Source: a bacterium
Lineage (GTDB): Bacteria; Electryoneota; B3-LCP
Assembly: GCA_018812585.1 (NCBI GenBank)
Contig: JAHJDJ010000312.1
Location: 1 to 44,518 of the forward strand
Direction: 5' to 3'
DNA: 44,518 bases
The notes under the pieces: generated by a model
Databases searched by the model: none
Told to the model about the DNA's origin: nothing
The model's input: only the letters and a program-made list of their open reading frames with translations
Shown: piece by piece, positions 25,245 through 35,571 of the stretch
Position numbering within the stretch: the first letter of the stretch is position 1
How the letters are laid out: each line of letters begins with the position of its first letter
Made by a program: the position numbers and the translations under genes

Positions 25245-26212
25245 TACAAGTTTATACAGACGAAATATTCAATCCTGACAAGAACGGCCCCTCTGTCACC
25301 ACGGTGGGGACGTTTGACGGGGTTCATCTGGCACATCAGGAGATCTTAAGGAGTCTGGCTGCCAGTGACGATGGTAACTGTGTGCGCACCGTCGTCACGT
25401 TTGAACCGCATCCTCAGAGTATCAAGTTGCATCGACCCGGCGTTATGCCGACTTTAAGCAGCACACCGGAAAAAATCCGTTTGCTGAGGGCTTGTGGCGC
25501 CGACCGGGTTTATATTCTGAAATTTGACGAAGCCCTCTCTTCCCTGTCAGCAGAGACGTTCCTCCAAGATATTCTGCTGGATCGGTTGAATACCAGGAAA
25601 CTGATTGTCGGTTACAACCACAGCTTTGGCGAGGATAGACAGGGCAATATCGAATTCTTAGAGAGCGCCAAAGAGCGTTTCGGTTTTGAACTTGAGGTCG
25701 TAGGGCCGCACTACGTTGCGGATGAAACCGTCAGTTCGACCAAAATTCGCAAAGCGTTAGATACGGGAGACGTCGAAAAAGCGACTCAACTGTTAGGACG
25801 GTTCTACAATCTCAGCGGAACGGTGGTCATGGGCCGCGGCGTTGGCCGTGAATTGAAAGTGCCCACTGCCAACTTAAGGCTGATCTACCAGGAAAAATTG
25901 ATCCCCAAGGTTGGGGTCTATGCGGTAGCGGTGCGAAGTGGAGGTAAAGTTTACCCTGGAATGCTGAATATCGGAACCAGACCGACATTTGGCGCAGGCG
26001 CAGTCACCATCGAAGTGCATCTGATAGAGTTCGATGGCGATCTTTACGATCAAATCATTACACTGCTGTTTTTGAAGCGGCTGCGTGATGAAGTCCGGTT
26101 TTCCAACAAAGAAACGTTAATCACAAAAATGCATAAAGATCGGGAAGATACTCTGGAGGTCTTTTCAGAATTTCCCGAAAGTACCTTTCAAGTCGATTTG
26201 AACAAGATATAG
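25232..26212 (+). CDS. ribF: Bifunctional riboflavin kinase / FMN adenylyltransferase
   Basis: 326 aa. It has GTFDGVHLAHQ at the N-terminus and the kinase part (PTANL..., GMLNIGTRPTF). It overlaps truB by 13 nt. Confidence 0.9.
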   Translation: MSNLIQVYTDEIFNPDKNGPSVTTVGTFDGVHLAHQEILRSLAASDDGNCVRTVVTFEPHPQSIKLHRPGVMPTLSSTPEKIRLLRACGADRVYILKFDEALSSLSAETFLQDILLDRLNTRKLIVGYNHSFGEDRQGNIEFLESAKERFGFELEVVGPHYVADETVSSTKIRKALDTGDVEKATQLLGRFYNLSGTVVMGRGVGRELKVPTANLRLIYQEKLIPKVGVYAVAVRSGGKVYPGMLNIGTRPTFGAGAVTIEVHLIEFDGDLYDQIITLLFLKRLRDEVRFSNKETLITKMHKDREDTLEVFSEFPESTFQVDLNKI

Positions 26213-26239
26213 GAAAGTTAAAATACAACAGGACGTACC

Positions 26240-26509
26240 ATGCCGGTATCACAGGAAAAGATTAAAGAGTTGACCGCTGAATTTGGCGCAGATCCCCAGG
26301 ACACAGGTAAAACTGAAGTCCAGATCGCAATTTTATCCACCCATATCAGTGATCTCACTGAGCATTTGAAGGTGCATAAAAAAGATCACCACTCCCGACG
26401 TGGCTTATTGTGCATGGTCGGTAAACGCAGAAGACTGCTGGATTATCTGGCCAAGTCAGATATCGAGCGCTATCGCGACATTTTAAAGAAACTTAACCTG
26501 CGTCGTTAG
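26240..26509 (+). CDS. rpsO: 30S ribosomal protein S15
   Basis: 89 aa. [16 protein letters not shown] is the S15 signature. Confidence 0.95.
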   Translation: MPVSQEKIKELTAEFGADPQDTGKTEVQIAILSTHISDLTEHLKVHKKDHHSRRGLLCMVGKRRRLLDYLAKSDIERYRDILKKLNLRR

Positions 26510-26584
26510 AACTGCAATTGAAGTAAAAACGATGCCATTACGAACGCCTGATTGGCTTACGAAAGCACAGGTGACGGAGTTTTC

Positions 26585-28798
26585 ATGAGTTACAAAGAAG
26601 AGATTACAGTAGGCGGCCGCACACTATCAATCGAAGTAGGCAAGGTTGCCAACCGGGCAGACGGCGCCGCCTGGGTAACCTACGGTGAAACTATTGTTTT
26701 AGCCACTGCCTGTTCCAATCGAGATCCCATGGACAGCGATTTTCTGCCTTTGATGGTGGATTACCGCGAAAAGAGGTACGCCGCGGGCAAAATTCCCGGC
26801 GGATTCTTTAAGCGTGAAGCCCGTCCTGCCGATTCAGAAACCCTGATTTCACGATTAATCGATCGGCCTATCCGGCCTCTGTTCCCCAAGGATTATCGCT
26901 GTGACACGCAGGTGTTTCTCAATGTTTATTCGGCTGATATGGATGCGCTTCCGGACGTGGTCGCCGGTATAGCCGCATCAGCCGCATTATCCGTTTCCGA
27001 CATCCCATTCGATGGTCCTATTGCCATCGTTCGAGTCGGCATGATTAACGATGAATTCGTGCTGAATCCATCTAACGGCCAATTAGCAGAAACCAAGATG
27101 GAACTGATTGTCGCCGGCACTGATGACGCCATCGCGATGGTCGAAGGTGGAGCCAAAGAGGTCAGCGAACGGGTCATACTGGACGCCATTGAGTTCGCTC
27201 ACACTGCTATCAAAGATATCGTTGCCCTGCAGTGTCGTATTCGCGATAAAGTTGGCAAGGAAAAACGTGAGCACATTTCTGTCGAATTTCCTGAAGGCCT
27301 GGAAGACGCCGTGCAGAAGATCGTCGATCCGGAACTTTCCAGAATCATCCATATTGCAGAAAAATCTGAGCGTAAAACTGAAAAGAGAGCGCTGAAGGTT
27401 AAGTTGTTCGACGAGCTGGCTGAAGCTTTCCCTGAAAGTGAAGCATTCATTGCAGATATCTACGACACCCTCTTTAAAAAGGCTGTACGGAAGATGATGC
27501 GGAAAGATAAAATCCGCCTGGATGGACGCGGCTATGATGACATTCGCGATATTACTTGTGAACTCGGCATCTTACCCCGAGCACATGGATCTGCTCTGTT
27601 CACGCGCGGACAAACGCAATCTCTGGGCGCCTTGACACTGGGTACCAAAGAAGACGAACAGCGCATTGACGGCCTGGCTGGAGATTTCTTCCGCAGGTTC
27701 ATGTTCCACTATAACTTCCCGCCATGGTCAACAGGCGAAGTTAAAAGATTTATGGGCACTGGTCGTCGCGAGATTGGGCATGGAAACCTGGCGCATCGCG
27801 CCTTGGAATTCATCATTCCTCCCTGGGAATCTTTCCCTTACACGATTCGCATCGTATCAGAAATTTTAGAATCGAACGGCTCCTCCTCAATGGCTTCTGT
27901 CTGTTCAGGATCTCTGGCGCTGCATCATGCCGGCGTGCCAGTTGAAAAGCATGTCGCCGGTATCGCCATGGGATTGATTTCCGAAGAAGACGAAACCGTG
28001 ATTATAACGGATATCCTGGGCGATGAGGATCGCCTTGGCGATATGGACTTCAAGGTTGCCGGGACTAAGGATGGCATTACAGCCATTCAGATGGACATCA
28101 AAATCAAAGGTTTGAAGACCGAAATCATGCAGGAGGCGTTACAGAAAGCTCAAAATGCCCGATTCCGCATTCTGGATATCATGACTGAAGCGATTGCCGA
28201 ACCGAATAAAGAGCTTTCCCAATATGCCCCCACCATCATTACCATCCATATCGACGTCGAAGATATCGGCGGAGTCATTGGACCTGGTGGCAAAATCGTA
28301 CGTGAAATTGTCGAAAAAACCGGCGCAAAAATCGATATCATGGATGATGGACAGATCAACATCTCCTCCACCGATCAGGAATCCGGTCAGAAGGCCAGGG
28401 AGTGGATCATTAAGCTGGTCGAAAAACCAGAGCCCGGAAAGATCTATCACGGTACCGTCAGGCGCGTTGCTGATTTCGGCGCCTTCGTCGAAATTCTACC
28501 GGGTAAAGATGGCCTGCTGCATATCAGCGAAATCGATAAAGGCCGCGTTGATAAAGTCACGGACATTCTCAACGTGGGTGACGAAGTCGACGTTATGCTG
28601 TGTGGCGTAGAAGCCAACGGCAAAATGGATCTATCCCGTCGTGCTGTCCTCATCGCAGAAGAAGCCAGAGCTGCTGGAAAAGAACCTGAACCCTACGTTC
28701 GCAACAAGCCTCAACGGTCCAGTAGTGGACGAAATGATCGCGATAGCAGAGGCGGCGGTGGACGCGGCGGCGATCGCAGACCCCCACGGCGCGACTGA
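26585..28798 (+). CDS. pnp: Polyribonucleotide nucleotidyltransferase (PNPase) with an Arg/Gly-rich C-terminal tail
   Basis: ATG 26585 is preceded by a GGAG 5 nt upstream; the ORF-track TTG at 26552 is less likely. The protein has two RNase PH domains, KH ([10 protein letters not shown]) and S1 ([14 protein letters not shown]). It then ends ...[26 protein letters not shown]. Confidence 0.95.
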   Translation: MSYKEEITVGGRTLSIEVGKVANRADGAAWVTYGETIVLATACSNRDPMDSDFLPLMVDYREKRYAAGKIPGGFFKREARPADSETLISRLIDRPIRPLFPKDYRCDTQVFLNVYSADMDALPDVVAGIAASAALSVSDIPFDGPIAIVRVGMINDEFVLNPSNGQLAETKMELIVAGTDDAIAMVEGGAKEVSERVILDAIEFAHTAIKDIVALQCRIRDKVGKEKREHISVEFPEGLEDAVQKIVDPELSRIIHIAEKSERKTEKRALKVKLFDELAEAFPESEAFIADIYDTLFKKAVRKMMRKDKIRLDGRGYDDIRDITCELGILPRAHGSALFTRGQTQSLGALTLGTKEDEQRIDGLAGDFFRRFMFHYNFPPWSTGEVKRFMGTGRREIGHGNLAHRALEFIIPPWESFPYTIRIVSEILESNGSSSMASVCSGSLALHHAGVPVEKHVAGIAMGLISEEDETVIITDILGDEDRLGDMDFKVAGTKDGITAIQMDIKIKGLKTEIMQEALQKAQNARFRILDIMTEAIAEPNKELSQYAPTIITIHIDVEDIGGVIGPGGKIVREIVEKTGAKIDIMDDGQINISSTDQESGQKAREWIIKLVEKPEPGKIYHGTVRRVADFGAFVEILPGKDGLLHISEIDKGRVDKVTDILNVGDEVDVMLCGVEANGKMDLSRRAVLIAEEARAAGKEPEPYVRNKPQRSSSGRNDRDSRGGGGRGGDRRPPRRD

Positions 28799-28799
28799 C

Positions 28800-30062
28800 A
28801 TGAATAGAGGCGATGCATTGACCCATTCGCATTATAATAAAACGACACTGGATAACGGCCTTACCATCGTATCCGAACAGATGCCCTGGGTAAGGTCCGT
28901 CAGTGTTGGTATCTGGGTAAAAACCGGATCGATTTGCGAGACTGATGCGCAAGCAGGCATGTCACACATGCTGGAACACATGGTTTTCAAGGGGACTTCA
29001 GAACGAACCGGTTTCGAAATCGTGCAGGCCATTGAGGGAGTCGGAGGCCATATTAACGCTTTCACTTCGCGTGAATTGACCTGCTATTACGCTCAAATTC
29101 TGGATGATCATTTAGATCTGGCGCTGGATATCCTCTGCAGCCTGGTATCCGATCCCCTCCTGACCGATGATGATCTGCAGCGGGAAAAACTGGTTATCAC
29201 CGAAGAGATCCGACACTACGAAGATACGCCTCATGAACTGATCTTCGATTACTTCTCGAAAACGTTATATGGCGACCATCCTCTGGCTCGCCCCATTATG
29301 GGAAGTGTGGAGTCGGTCGCTTCAATCACTCAGAAGCAGTTGTTACAATACAGAAAAACCCGGTATACCGCCGACGAGATTGTTGTGGCAGCCACCGGGA
29401 ATCTGGATCACGACGGTCTGGTTAAAGGGTTGTCTTCGAGGCTTTCTTTAGAAAATGGCGGCGGCGTTGCGGAGGTGCCTGAAATCACCACTCCTCCGCC
29501 TGCTCAGGACGTCATTCGGCGATCGGTGCAGGGAGCTCATATCTGCCGTGGATTACCGGGTGTGCCCTACGGCCACAAACTTAAGATGCCTGTCCTGGTC
29601 CTCTCCAATTTATTGGGTGGCGGGATGAGTTCGCGTCTCTTCCAGCGAATTCGGGAAAAAGAAGCTCTGGCGTATAATGTCTACAGTTTCATGGATACCC
29701 TGCGAAACAGCGGCATCTTCGGAGTTTACATCGGCACTGATCCAGAAAAGATGGACAAAGTCATATCTGAATTAGAAGATGAATACACCAGCATCATTGA
29801 GAAGGGCCTGACTGAAGCTGAAATCGCCCGTGTGAAGGAGCAGTTCAAGGGTAATTTGATGCTGGGACTGGAAGGAACCGCCAGTCGGATGTTCCGCGCG
29901 GCCAAGATGGAAATTTATCTAAAGAAGTTCTTAACTCTGGACGAGGTCATCGAGCTGATCGATGCGGTCAATCTTGATGCAGTTTCCAAAGTTGCCCAGG
30001 ACTTTCTCAACAATAATAAACAATATACCGCGATAATCCTGCCCAAGGAGGAAAACGTATAA
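28800..30062 (+). CDS. M16 (pitrilysin-family) zinc peptidase
   Basis: The ATG at 28800 lies 1 nt after the pnp stop; the ORF-track start at 28641 lies inside pnp. The inverted zincin motif HxxEH is present (SHMLEHMVFKGT). Confidence 0.85.
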   Translation: MNRGDALTHSHYNKTTLDNGLTIVSEQMPWVRSVSVGIWVKTGSICETDAQAGMSHMLEHMVFKGTSERTGFEIVQAIEGVGGHINAFTSRELTCYYAQILDDHLDLALDILCSLVSDPLLTDDDLQREKLVITEEIRHYEDTPHELIFDYFSKTLYGDHPLARPIMGSVESVASITQKQLLQYRKTRYTADEIVVAATGNLDHDGLVKGLSSRLSLENGGGVAEVPEITTPPPAQDVIRRSVQGAHICRGLPGVPYGHKLKMPVLVLSNLLGGGMSSRLFQRIREKEALAYNVYSFMDTLRNSGIFGVYIGTDPEKMDKVISELEDEYTSIIEKGLTEAEIARVKEQFKGNLMLGLEGTASRMFRAAKMEIYLKKFLTLDEVIELIDAVNLDAVSKVAQDFLNNNKQYTAIILPKEENV

Positions 30063-31177
30063 TGATTATCGGAGTACCAAAGGAAATCAAGGCCAACGAG
30101 AACCGCGTGGCGTTGCTGCCGGTTGGAGCTGAAATTCTCGTTAAGAATGGCCATCAGGTCATCGTTCTTGAAGGCGCTGGCGTTGGCAGCGGTTTCGAGG
30201 ATAGCGAATATCGCAAGGCTGGCGCTGAAATCGTGAAGACCGCAAAAGAAGTTTTTTCACGTTCTGATATGATTATCAAAGTCAAAGAGCCTCTCGAACC
30301 AGAATACAAACTGATCAAGAAGAACCAGATTCTCTTCACCTATTTCCACTTTGCAGCATCTGAAACGCTGACCAAGGCCATGATCGATTCAGGTGCAATC
30401 AGTATCGCTTATGAAACCATGGAAGCGCCAGATCGTTCTCTGCCGCTGCTGGTTCCCATGAGTGAAGTGGCTGGCCGCATGGCAACTCAGGAAGGCGCCA
30501 AGTATCTGGAACGCACACTGGGCGGCCGCGGTCTGTTATTGGGCGGCGTCCCCGGTGTTGCTCCGGGTGAAGTTGTCATTCTGGGTGGCGGTGTGGTTGG
30601 CACGAACGCCGCCAAGATGGCTGCCGGTTTGGGCGCGCACGTTACCATTCTGGATATCAATCTGGATCGTCTGCGCTATCTCGATGACGTCATGCCAGCG
30701 AACGTCGACACGGTCATGTCGAATCCAGCGAACATCCGCGCAGCAATCGCTGCGGCTGATCTCTTGATCGGCGCCGTATTGATTCCCGGCGCCAAAGCTC
30801 CGCATCTGGTAACCCGCGATATGCTGAAACAGATGAAGCCGGGCGCAGTCATCGTTGACGTCGCGGTGGACCAGGGTGGATGTATCGAAACCTGTAAACC
30901 GACGACTCACGCAGATCCGACCTTTGTGATTGAAGGCGTGCTGCATTATTGTGTCGCCAATATGCCCGGAGCAGTGCCTTATACCTCAACCAAAGCACTG
31001 ACGAATGCGACTTTACCGTTTGCTCTACAAATCGCCAACAAGGGGTATTTAAAGGCCGCGCAAGACAGCGAAGAAATCGCGACCGGTATTAACGTGATCG
31101 ACGGCAAAATCACCTACAAGGGTGTCGCCGATGCCTTTAATTTGCCCTACACGCCGATTTCCGACGTAATCGCTTAA
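30062..31177 (+). CDS. ald: Alanine dehydrogenase
   Basis: 371 aa. It has [18 protein letters not shown] and a Rossmann motif ([14 protein letters not shown]). The ATG shares one nucleotide with the upstream TAA. Confidence 0.9.
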   Translation: MIIGVPKEIKANENRVALLPVGAEILVKNGHQVIVLEGAGVGSGFEDSEYRKAGAEIVKTAKEVFSRSDMIIKVKEPLEPEYKLIKKNQILFTYFHFAASETLTKAMIDSGAISIAYETMEAPDRSLPLLVPMSEVAGRMATQEGAKYLERTLGGRGLLLGGVPGVAPGEVVILGGGVVGTNAAKMAAGLGAHVTILDINLDRLRYLDDVMPANVDTVMSNPANIRAAIAAADLLIGAVLIPGAKAPHLVTRDMLKQMKPGAVIVDVAVDQGGCIETCKPTTHADPTFVIEGVLHYCVANMPGAVPYTSTKALTNATLPFALQIANKGYLKAAQDSEEIATGINVIDGKITYKGVADAFNLPYTPISDVIA

Positions 31178-31178
31178 A

Positions 31179-31625
31179 ATGGATAAACTTACCGTCGAGG
31201 TAAAAAGAATAAAGGGCGGGCGCTGGCCATTACCGACGCCCGCCACTGTTTTTTCTGCCGGAGTTGATTTACGTGCTGACCTGGAAGAACCGGTAGAGAT
31301 TCCTCCTGGGGAAACAACCGCGGTTCCCACTGGCATCGCCATTGCCATTCCGGACGGTTGGGAAGCACAAGTTCGGCCGCGCAGCGGTCTGGCGCTCAAA
31401 CACAGTATTGGCTTGCTGAACAGCCCGGGCACAATCGATGCGGATTATCGCGGCGAAATCAGAGTAATCATGACCAACTTCGGTAAAGAACCATTCTGCA
31501 TCAATTCTGGGGATCGGATTGCTCAGTTGGTCTTCAATCGCGTGACACAGCCTGTTTGGGTGGAAGTCGAAGAACTGCCCGATACTGATCGAGGCGAGGG
31601 TGGTTTCGGGCATACCGGGAAATAG
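31179..31625 (+). CDS. dut: dUTP diphosphatase
   Basis: 148 aa. It has [19 protein letters not shown] and the C-terminal GFGHTG. Confidence 0.95.
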   Translation: MDKLTVEVKRIKGGRWPLPTPATVFSAGVDLRADLEEPVEIPPGETTAVPTGIAIAIPDGWEAQVRPRSGLALKHSIGLLNSPGTIDADYRGEIRVIMTNFGKEPFCINSGDRIAQLVFNRVTQPVWVEVEELPDTDRGEGGFGHTGK

Positions 31626-32478
31626 CCAGAGACTGAAGTATCATAATATCAGGTCATCCCTCGCGGATGGCCTCTGCTTTTACAGCCATAATCAGGGAAT
31701 AACACTGAAAACGCCTACGGAATATATCCCAGGAGCGGCGCGCTACCCGCGCATTCTGGTGTATCATGAAATCAGCCGGACGTTTCATTTAGGGATAAAC
31801 AACGTATCCCCAAGGGATTTTCACGCGCATCTGGATTTCCTGCAGAAAGCACAACTCTCAATCTTGCCCCTGCGAGGATTCAGCGAGAGGAATCCCGACA
31901 ACAGTATCGCATTGACGTTCGATGATGGGTATGATTCATTTTACGATCAGGTCTTCCCCACTCTGATTGAACGGCAGATTCCTGCAACTCTCTTTATTAT
32001 CACAGACTTCGCAGGGAAACGCAATAGTTGGGATGTGACGTTTGGTATTAATCGCAGAGATCATCTAAGCTGGGAACAAATTCAGGAAATTGCCGCATCT
32101 GGAATTTCCATAGGATCGCACACCAGTACCCACCGGCATCTGACATTGCTCGATGCTGAGACAGCCAAGTTGGAGATCGTCGATTCAAAAAAAATGATCG
32201 AAGACCAGATTGGGACAGAGGTTACAGCACTGGCTCTTCCCTACGGATCCGCATCGACCGATATTTTCATTGTAGCGCGAAAAGCAGGTTATCAGGAGAT
32301 TTGTGGTGGAGTTCCCGGGTATTACGGGCCGGTTGGAGGGATTTTACCCCGGCTGCCGGTTTATCGGGGTGATAATGCTAAAACGTTAAGACGCAAGCTT
32401 GATTGGCGCGTTCCTGAAATTGCCCGCCTGAAAGCGCTGCAAAGCTGCTCGCAACTAACCCGCCTGATACAGAAATAA
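31600..32478 (+). CDS. Polysaccharide deacetylase (NodB homology domain); start uncertain
   Basis: NodB motifs are present: [12 protein letters not shown] and [11 protein letters not shown]. The only conventional in-frame start upstream of the first conserved strand (RILVYHEI) is GTG 31600. That start overlaps dut by 26 nt and spans the hairpin at 31651-31682. Confidence 0.75.
   Translation: MVSGIPGNSQRLKYHNIRSSLADGLCFYSHNQGITLKTPTEYIPGAARYPRILVYHEISRTFHLGINNVSPRDFHAHLDFLQKAQLSILPLRGFSERNPDNSIALTFDDGYDSFYDQVFPTLIERQIPATLFIITDFAGKRNSWDVTFGINRRDHLSWEQIQEIAASGISIGSHTSTHRHLTLLDAETAKLEIVDSKKMIEDQIGTEVTALALPYGSASTDIFIVARKAGYQEICGGVPGYYGPVGGILPRLPVYRGDNAKTLRRKLDWRVPEIARLKALQSCSQLTRLIQK
31651..31682 (+). 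terminator. Weak terminator or attenuator hairpin after dut
   Basis: AGGTCATCC (31651-31659), loop CTCGC, then GGATGGCCT (31665-31673, one G-U pair), followed by CTGCTTTT. Confidence 0.3.
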
Positions 32479-32566
32479 TCCTGCCTTAATAAACTTTCCA
32501 CTTAAATCGCTTGCATGAGTGGCGCTTTGGAATTATATTTGACAAGGTTTAAACCAGTGGAAGCTG

Positions 32567-32911
32567 ATGAACACTTATGGTAAACCAGGGAAACTATACT
32601 ACACGATCAGTGAAGTTTGCGGCATCGTCGAACTGCCGGCGTCCGTCCTGCGGTACTGGGAAACCGAATTCGAAGGCTTGAGACCGCACCGCAACAAGGC
32701 TGGAAAGCGCCTTTATCGGGATAAAGATATTGAGCGCATTCAGGAAATACAAACCCTGCTTCATAAAAAACGGTTCACGATTGAAGGCGCTAAGAAACTG
32801 CTGAAAGAGGGGGGGAAATCTGCTCAGCCTTCTGAGAGTAAACCGGATCCTAAATTCATTGCTGAGATCAAACAGGGGTTACGCGATATACTGGATATTT
32901 TAAATGGCTGA
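32567..32911 (+). CDS. MerR-family transcriptional regulator
   Basis: 114 aa with an N-terminal MerR HTH (YYTISEVCGIVELPASVLRYWETEF...RPHRNKAGKRLYRDKDI). Confidence 0.85.
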   Translation: MNTYGKPGKLYYTISEVCGIVELPASVLRYWETEFEGLRPHRNKAGKRLYRDKDIERIQEIQTLLHKKRFTIEGAKKLLKEGGKSAQPSESKPDPKFIAEIKQGLRDILDILNG

Positions 32912-32942
32912 CCTTACCTGGTCTCGTTAATTCTACTATCCC

Positions 32943-32967
32943 GGCAGGATTGATTCCTGCCTTTTTT
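32943..32967 (+). terminator. Rho-independent terminator
   Basis: GGCAGGA, loop TTGAT, TCCTGCC, followed by T6. Confidence 0.75.
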
Positions 32968-33137
32968 CTTTCCTCAACAACAACCTGTTTTATCCTTTGA
33001 CAGACTCTGCAGTTTTCCTTATATTTATAATGAACTTTATCGCAGATTGTGTTGTAAAACAAATAGCTAATTTACCGATCCTTAATAATAACTGAACCTT
33101 AATTCCTTATTTTATTCGGTTAAAAACAAATAAGGAA

Positions 33138-35531
33138 ATGGTTTGCAACATGGCTAAAGCTGATTTACACGTCCATTCAAAGTATTCTGAACACCCCTCG
33201 GAATGGTTTCTGCAAAAACTTGGAGCCGGTGAATCGTACACCGACCCGGAAACCGTTTACCTGATGGCAAAAGAGCGCGGCATGACCTTCGTAACGATCA
33301 CCGATCACAATGAGATCGAGGGATCGCTGCTGCTGGCTCAGAAATATCCCGACGCTTTTCCAGGAGTTGAAACGACGACATATTTTCCTGAGGATGGGTG
33401 TAAGGTACATTTGCTCATCTACGGATTAGACCATAAGCAATTCGATCGTATTCAAAAAATACGGCGTAATATTTATGATTTGCGTGAATATGTCATAGAC
33501 CGGAAGCTGGCTCATTCTGTCGCACACGGCACCTATTCGGTCAACCGCAAATTGACCTATTCCCATCTGGAGCGATTGGCGGTTCTCTTTGATGTTTTCG
33601 AAGGGATAAATGGCGCCCGCAACCGCACCAGTAATCTCACCTGGCTCAACTATCTAAATAATCTCACCCGCGAAGCTATTGGCGAACTCGCTAAACGCTA
33701 CGGCATAACACCCCAGCGCAAAGACTCTCACAAAAAGGGTTTTACAGGCGGCAGTGACGATCATGCGGCAATCAATATAGCGAGGACCTATACCTTCGCA
33801 GCTGGTAAGACAATAGAGGATTTTCTGGCTAACCTGCAGGAGCGTCAGAGTATTGCCGACGGCCGTGTTAATGATTTTCAATCACTGGTTTTTTCGATCT
33901 ATAAAACCGCGCATGAATTTTCCACCAGTAAGGGGAAACGGCTCATCAGCTCAATCCCGCTTACGAATTTCATGGATCTGATTTTTGGAGAACGCCGGGT
34001 ATCTCTGAAGGATCGCTTCGACCTGGCTTTGCTGAAGGCTGATCCTTCCAATAATTACCAGCGCAGTATTGCCGAGCTGGTCGAAGAGATCAACGCCAAC
34101 AAAATCTCCTCTATTGAAGAGAACCTGGATCTGCTATACGACCGCATTGCCGATATTGTCGATGAAGTTCTCGTCAATTTAATTGACACGAGCTTGACCG
34201 ACATGAAAGAAGGCGATCCATTCACGATCCTGGGAAAGATTTCTTCAGCTCTGCCGGGACTTTTCCTGCTGGTGCCTTTCTTCAGCAGTTTCAGGCATTT
34301 GAACAGTAACCAGCAATTGCTGAAAAAGCTCAATGCTAAAACACCGACGCAGCCGACGCGCAAGATATTGTGGTTTACCGATACCCTGAACGATTTAAAC
34401 GGGCCGTCGGTCACATTGAAGCAATTAGGCTGGCAGTTTTATCATAAAAAACTGGACGTTCGCATCGTATCATCCCTGCTTCCCGATGAAATAACAGATG
34501 ATCTTCCTCCGACGATCATCAATCTGCCCTCCATCAGCACTTTCCCGCTGCCCTACTATTCAACCTATACCATGAAGGTGCCGTCGCTGTTGAAATCATT
34601 AAAAGCGATTCAGGATTTTGAACCGGACGAAATCTTCATCTCGACGCCGGGCCCCGTTGGATTCTTCGGTATTCTGGCGGCGAAGTTACTCTCTATTCCC
34701 ATGGTGGGCATCTACCACACAGACTATACAGCCGAATTAAGCGAAATCACGACAGACGATTCATCGCTGAAGATGGTCGAAGCCTCAACGAAGTGGTTTT
34801 ATACCATCATGGATGAGATTCGCGTGCCAACCCAAAGTTATATCGATATTCTTGCAGAACGCGGTCTCGATCCCAAGAAGATGAAGGTCTTTCCAAGACA
34901 GATCGATCATGACGTCTTCTCCTTTCGACCGCCGAATGGTCAGGATGACCTCAAACTGAAGCTGCCTGAAGGCTTGAATCTGTTATATGCCGGCCGGGTA
35001 TCCAAGGATAAAAACCTCGAATTCCTGGTCGACTTATACCAGGAGTTGCGGAAAACTTGCTCAAATATTAATCTCATCGTGGCGGGCGACGGACCTTACT
35101 TGAACGAGATGAAAGAGACGCTGGGCGGCAATAGGCGAGTTGTGTTCACGGGCAGACTGCCCTATTTAAAACTTCCCTGCGTTTACTCGCAGGCAGATTT
35201 TTTTGTTTTCCCCAGCACAACGGACACCTACGGAATGGTCGTGCTGGAAGCCCAGAGCTGTGAACTCCCAACCATCGTATCAAACGTGGGTGGACCTCAG
35301 GATATCATCATCGACGGGGAAACCGGTTTCGTATTGCCAGCGCTGAAACTGAAGCCCTGGGTCGAAAAGATCATTCAGCTTGACGAGCTGGTCAAAGGTG
35401 ACGCTGAGAAGTATCATACGATGAGAAAACGAGCACGTCAGCACGCGACGGCGATCTCAGGTTGGGAAGTCGTCATGAAAGATCTCCTGCGTCTGGAATT
35501 ACCCGTTTTGGATTCCCAACAGGCTGACTAA
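33138..35531 (+). CDS. Fusion protein: N-terminal PHP-type phosphoesterase domain plus C-terminal GT4 (GT-B) glycosyltransferase
   Basis: 797 aa; the start is ATG 33138 or 33150. The PHP motifs are DLHVHSKYSEHP, VTITDHNEI and GGSDDHA. The C-terminal GT4 region has KILWFTDT...NGPSV, LLYAGRVSKDKN and EAQSCELPTIVSNVGGPQDIIIDGETGF. Confidence 0.85.
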   Translation: MVCNMAKADLHVHSKYSEHPSEWFLQKLGAGESYTDPETVYLMAKERGMTFVTITDHNEIEGSLLLAQKYPDAFPGVETTTYFPEDGCKVHLLIYGLDHKQFDRIQKIRRNIYDLREYVIDRKLAHSVAHGTYSVNRKLTYSHLERLAVLFDVFEGINGARNRTSNLTWLNYLNNLTREAIGELAKRYGITPQRKDSHKKGFTGGSDDHAAINIARTYTFAAGKTIEDFLANLQERQSIADGRVNDFQSLVFSIYKTAHEFSTSKGKRLISSIPLTNFMDLIFGERRVSLKDRFDLALLKADPSNNYQRSIAELVEEINANKISSIEENLDLLYDRIADIVDEVLVNLIDTSLTDMKEGDPFTILGKISSALPGLFLLVPFFSSFRHLNSNQQLLKKLNAKTPTQPTRKILWFTDTLNDLNGPSVTLKQLGWQFYHKKLDVRIVSSLLPDEITDDLPPTIINLPSISTFPLPYYSTYTMKVPSLLKSLKAIQDFEPDEIFISTPGPVGFFGILAAKLLSIPMVGIYHTDYTAELSEITTDDSSLKMVEASTKWFYTIMDEIRVPTQSYIDILAERGLDPKKMKVFPRQIDHDVFSFRPPNGQDDLKLKLPEGLNLLYAGRVSKDKNLEFLVDLYQELRKTCSNINLIVAGDGPYLNEMKETLGGNRRVVFTGRLPYLKLPCVYSQADFFVFPSTTDTYGMVVLEAQSCELPTIVSNVGGPQDIIIDGETGFVLPALKLKPWVEKIIQLDELVKGDAEKYHTMRKRARQHATAISGWEVVMKDLLRLELPVLDSQQAD

Positions 35532-35571
35532 CCAAAATGAACTTGAACCGACTTTTAATCTCCAAATAAGC

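Noticed and set aside
26585-32478. The unusual-looking linkage of pnp with an M16 peptidase and a polysaccharide deacetylase.
   Set aside because: It is not novel. From memory, Bacillus subtilis has a comparable pnpA-ylxY(deacetylase)-mlpA(M16) arrangement downstream of the nusA-infB-rbfA-truB-ribC-rpsO run, so this is conserved synteny.
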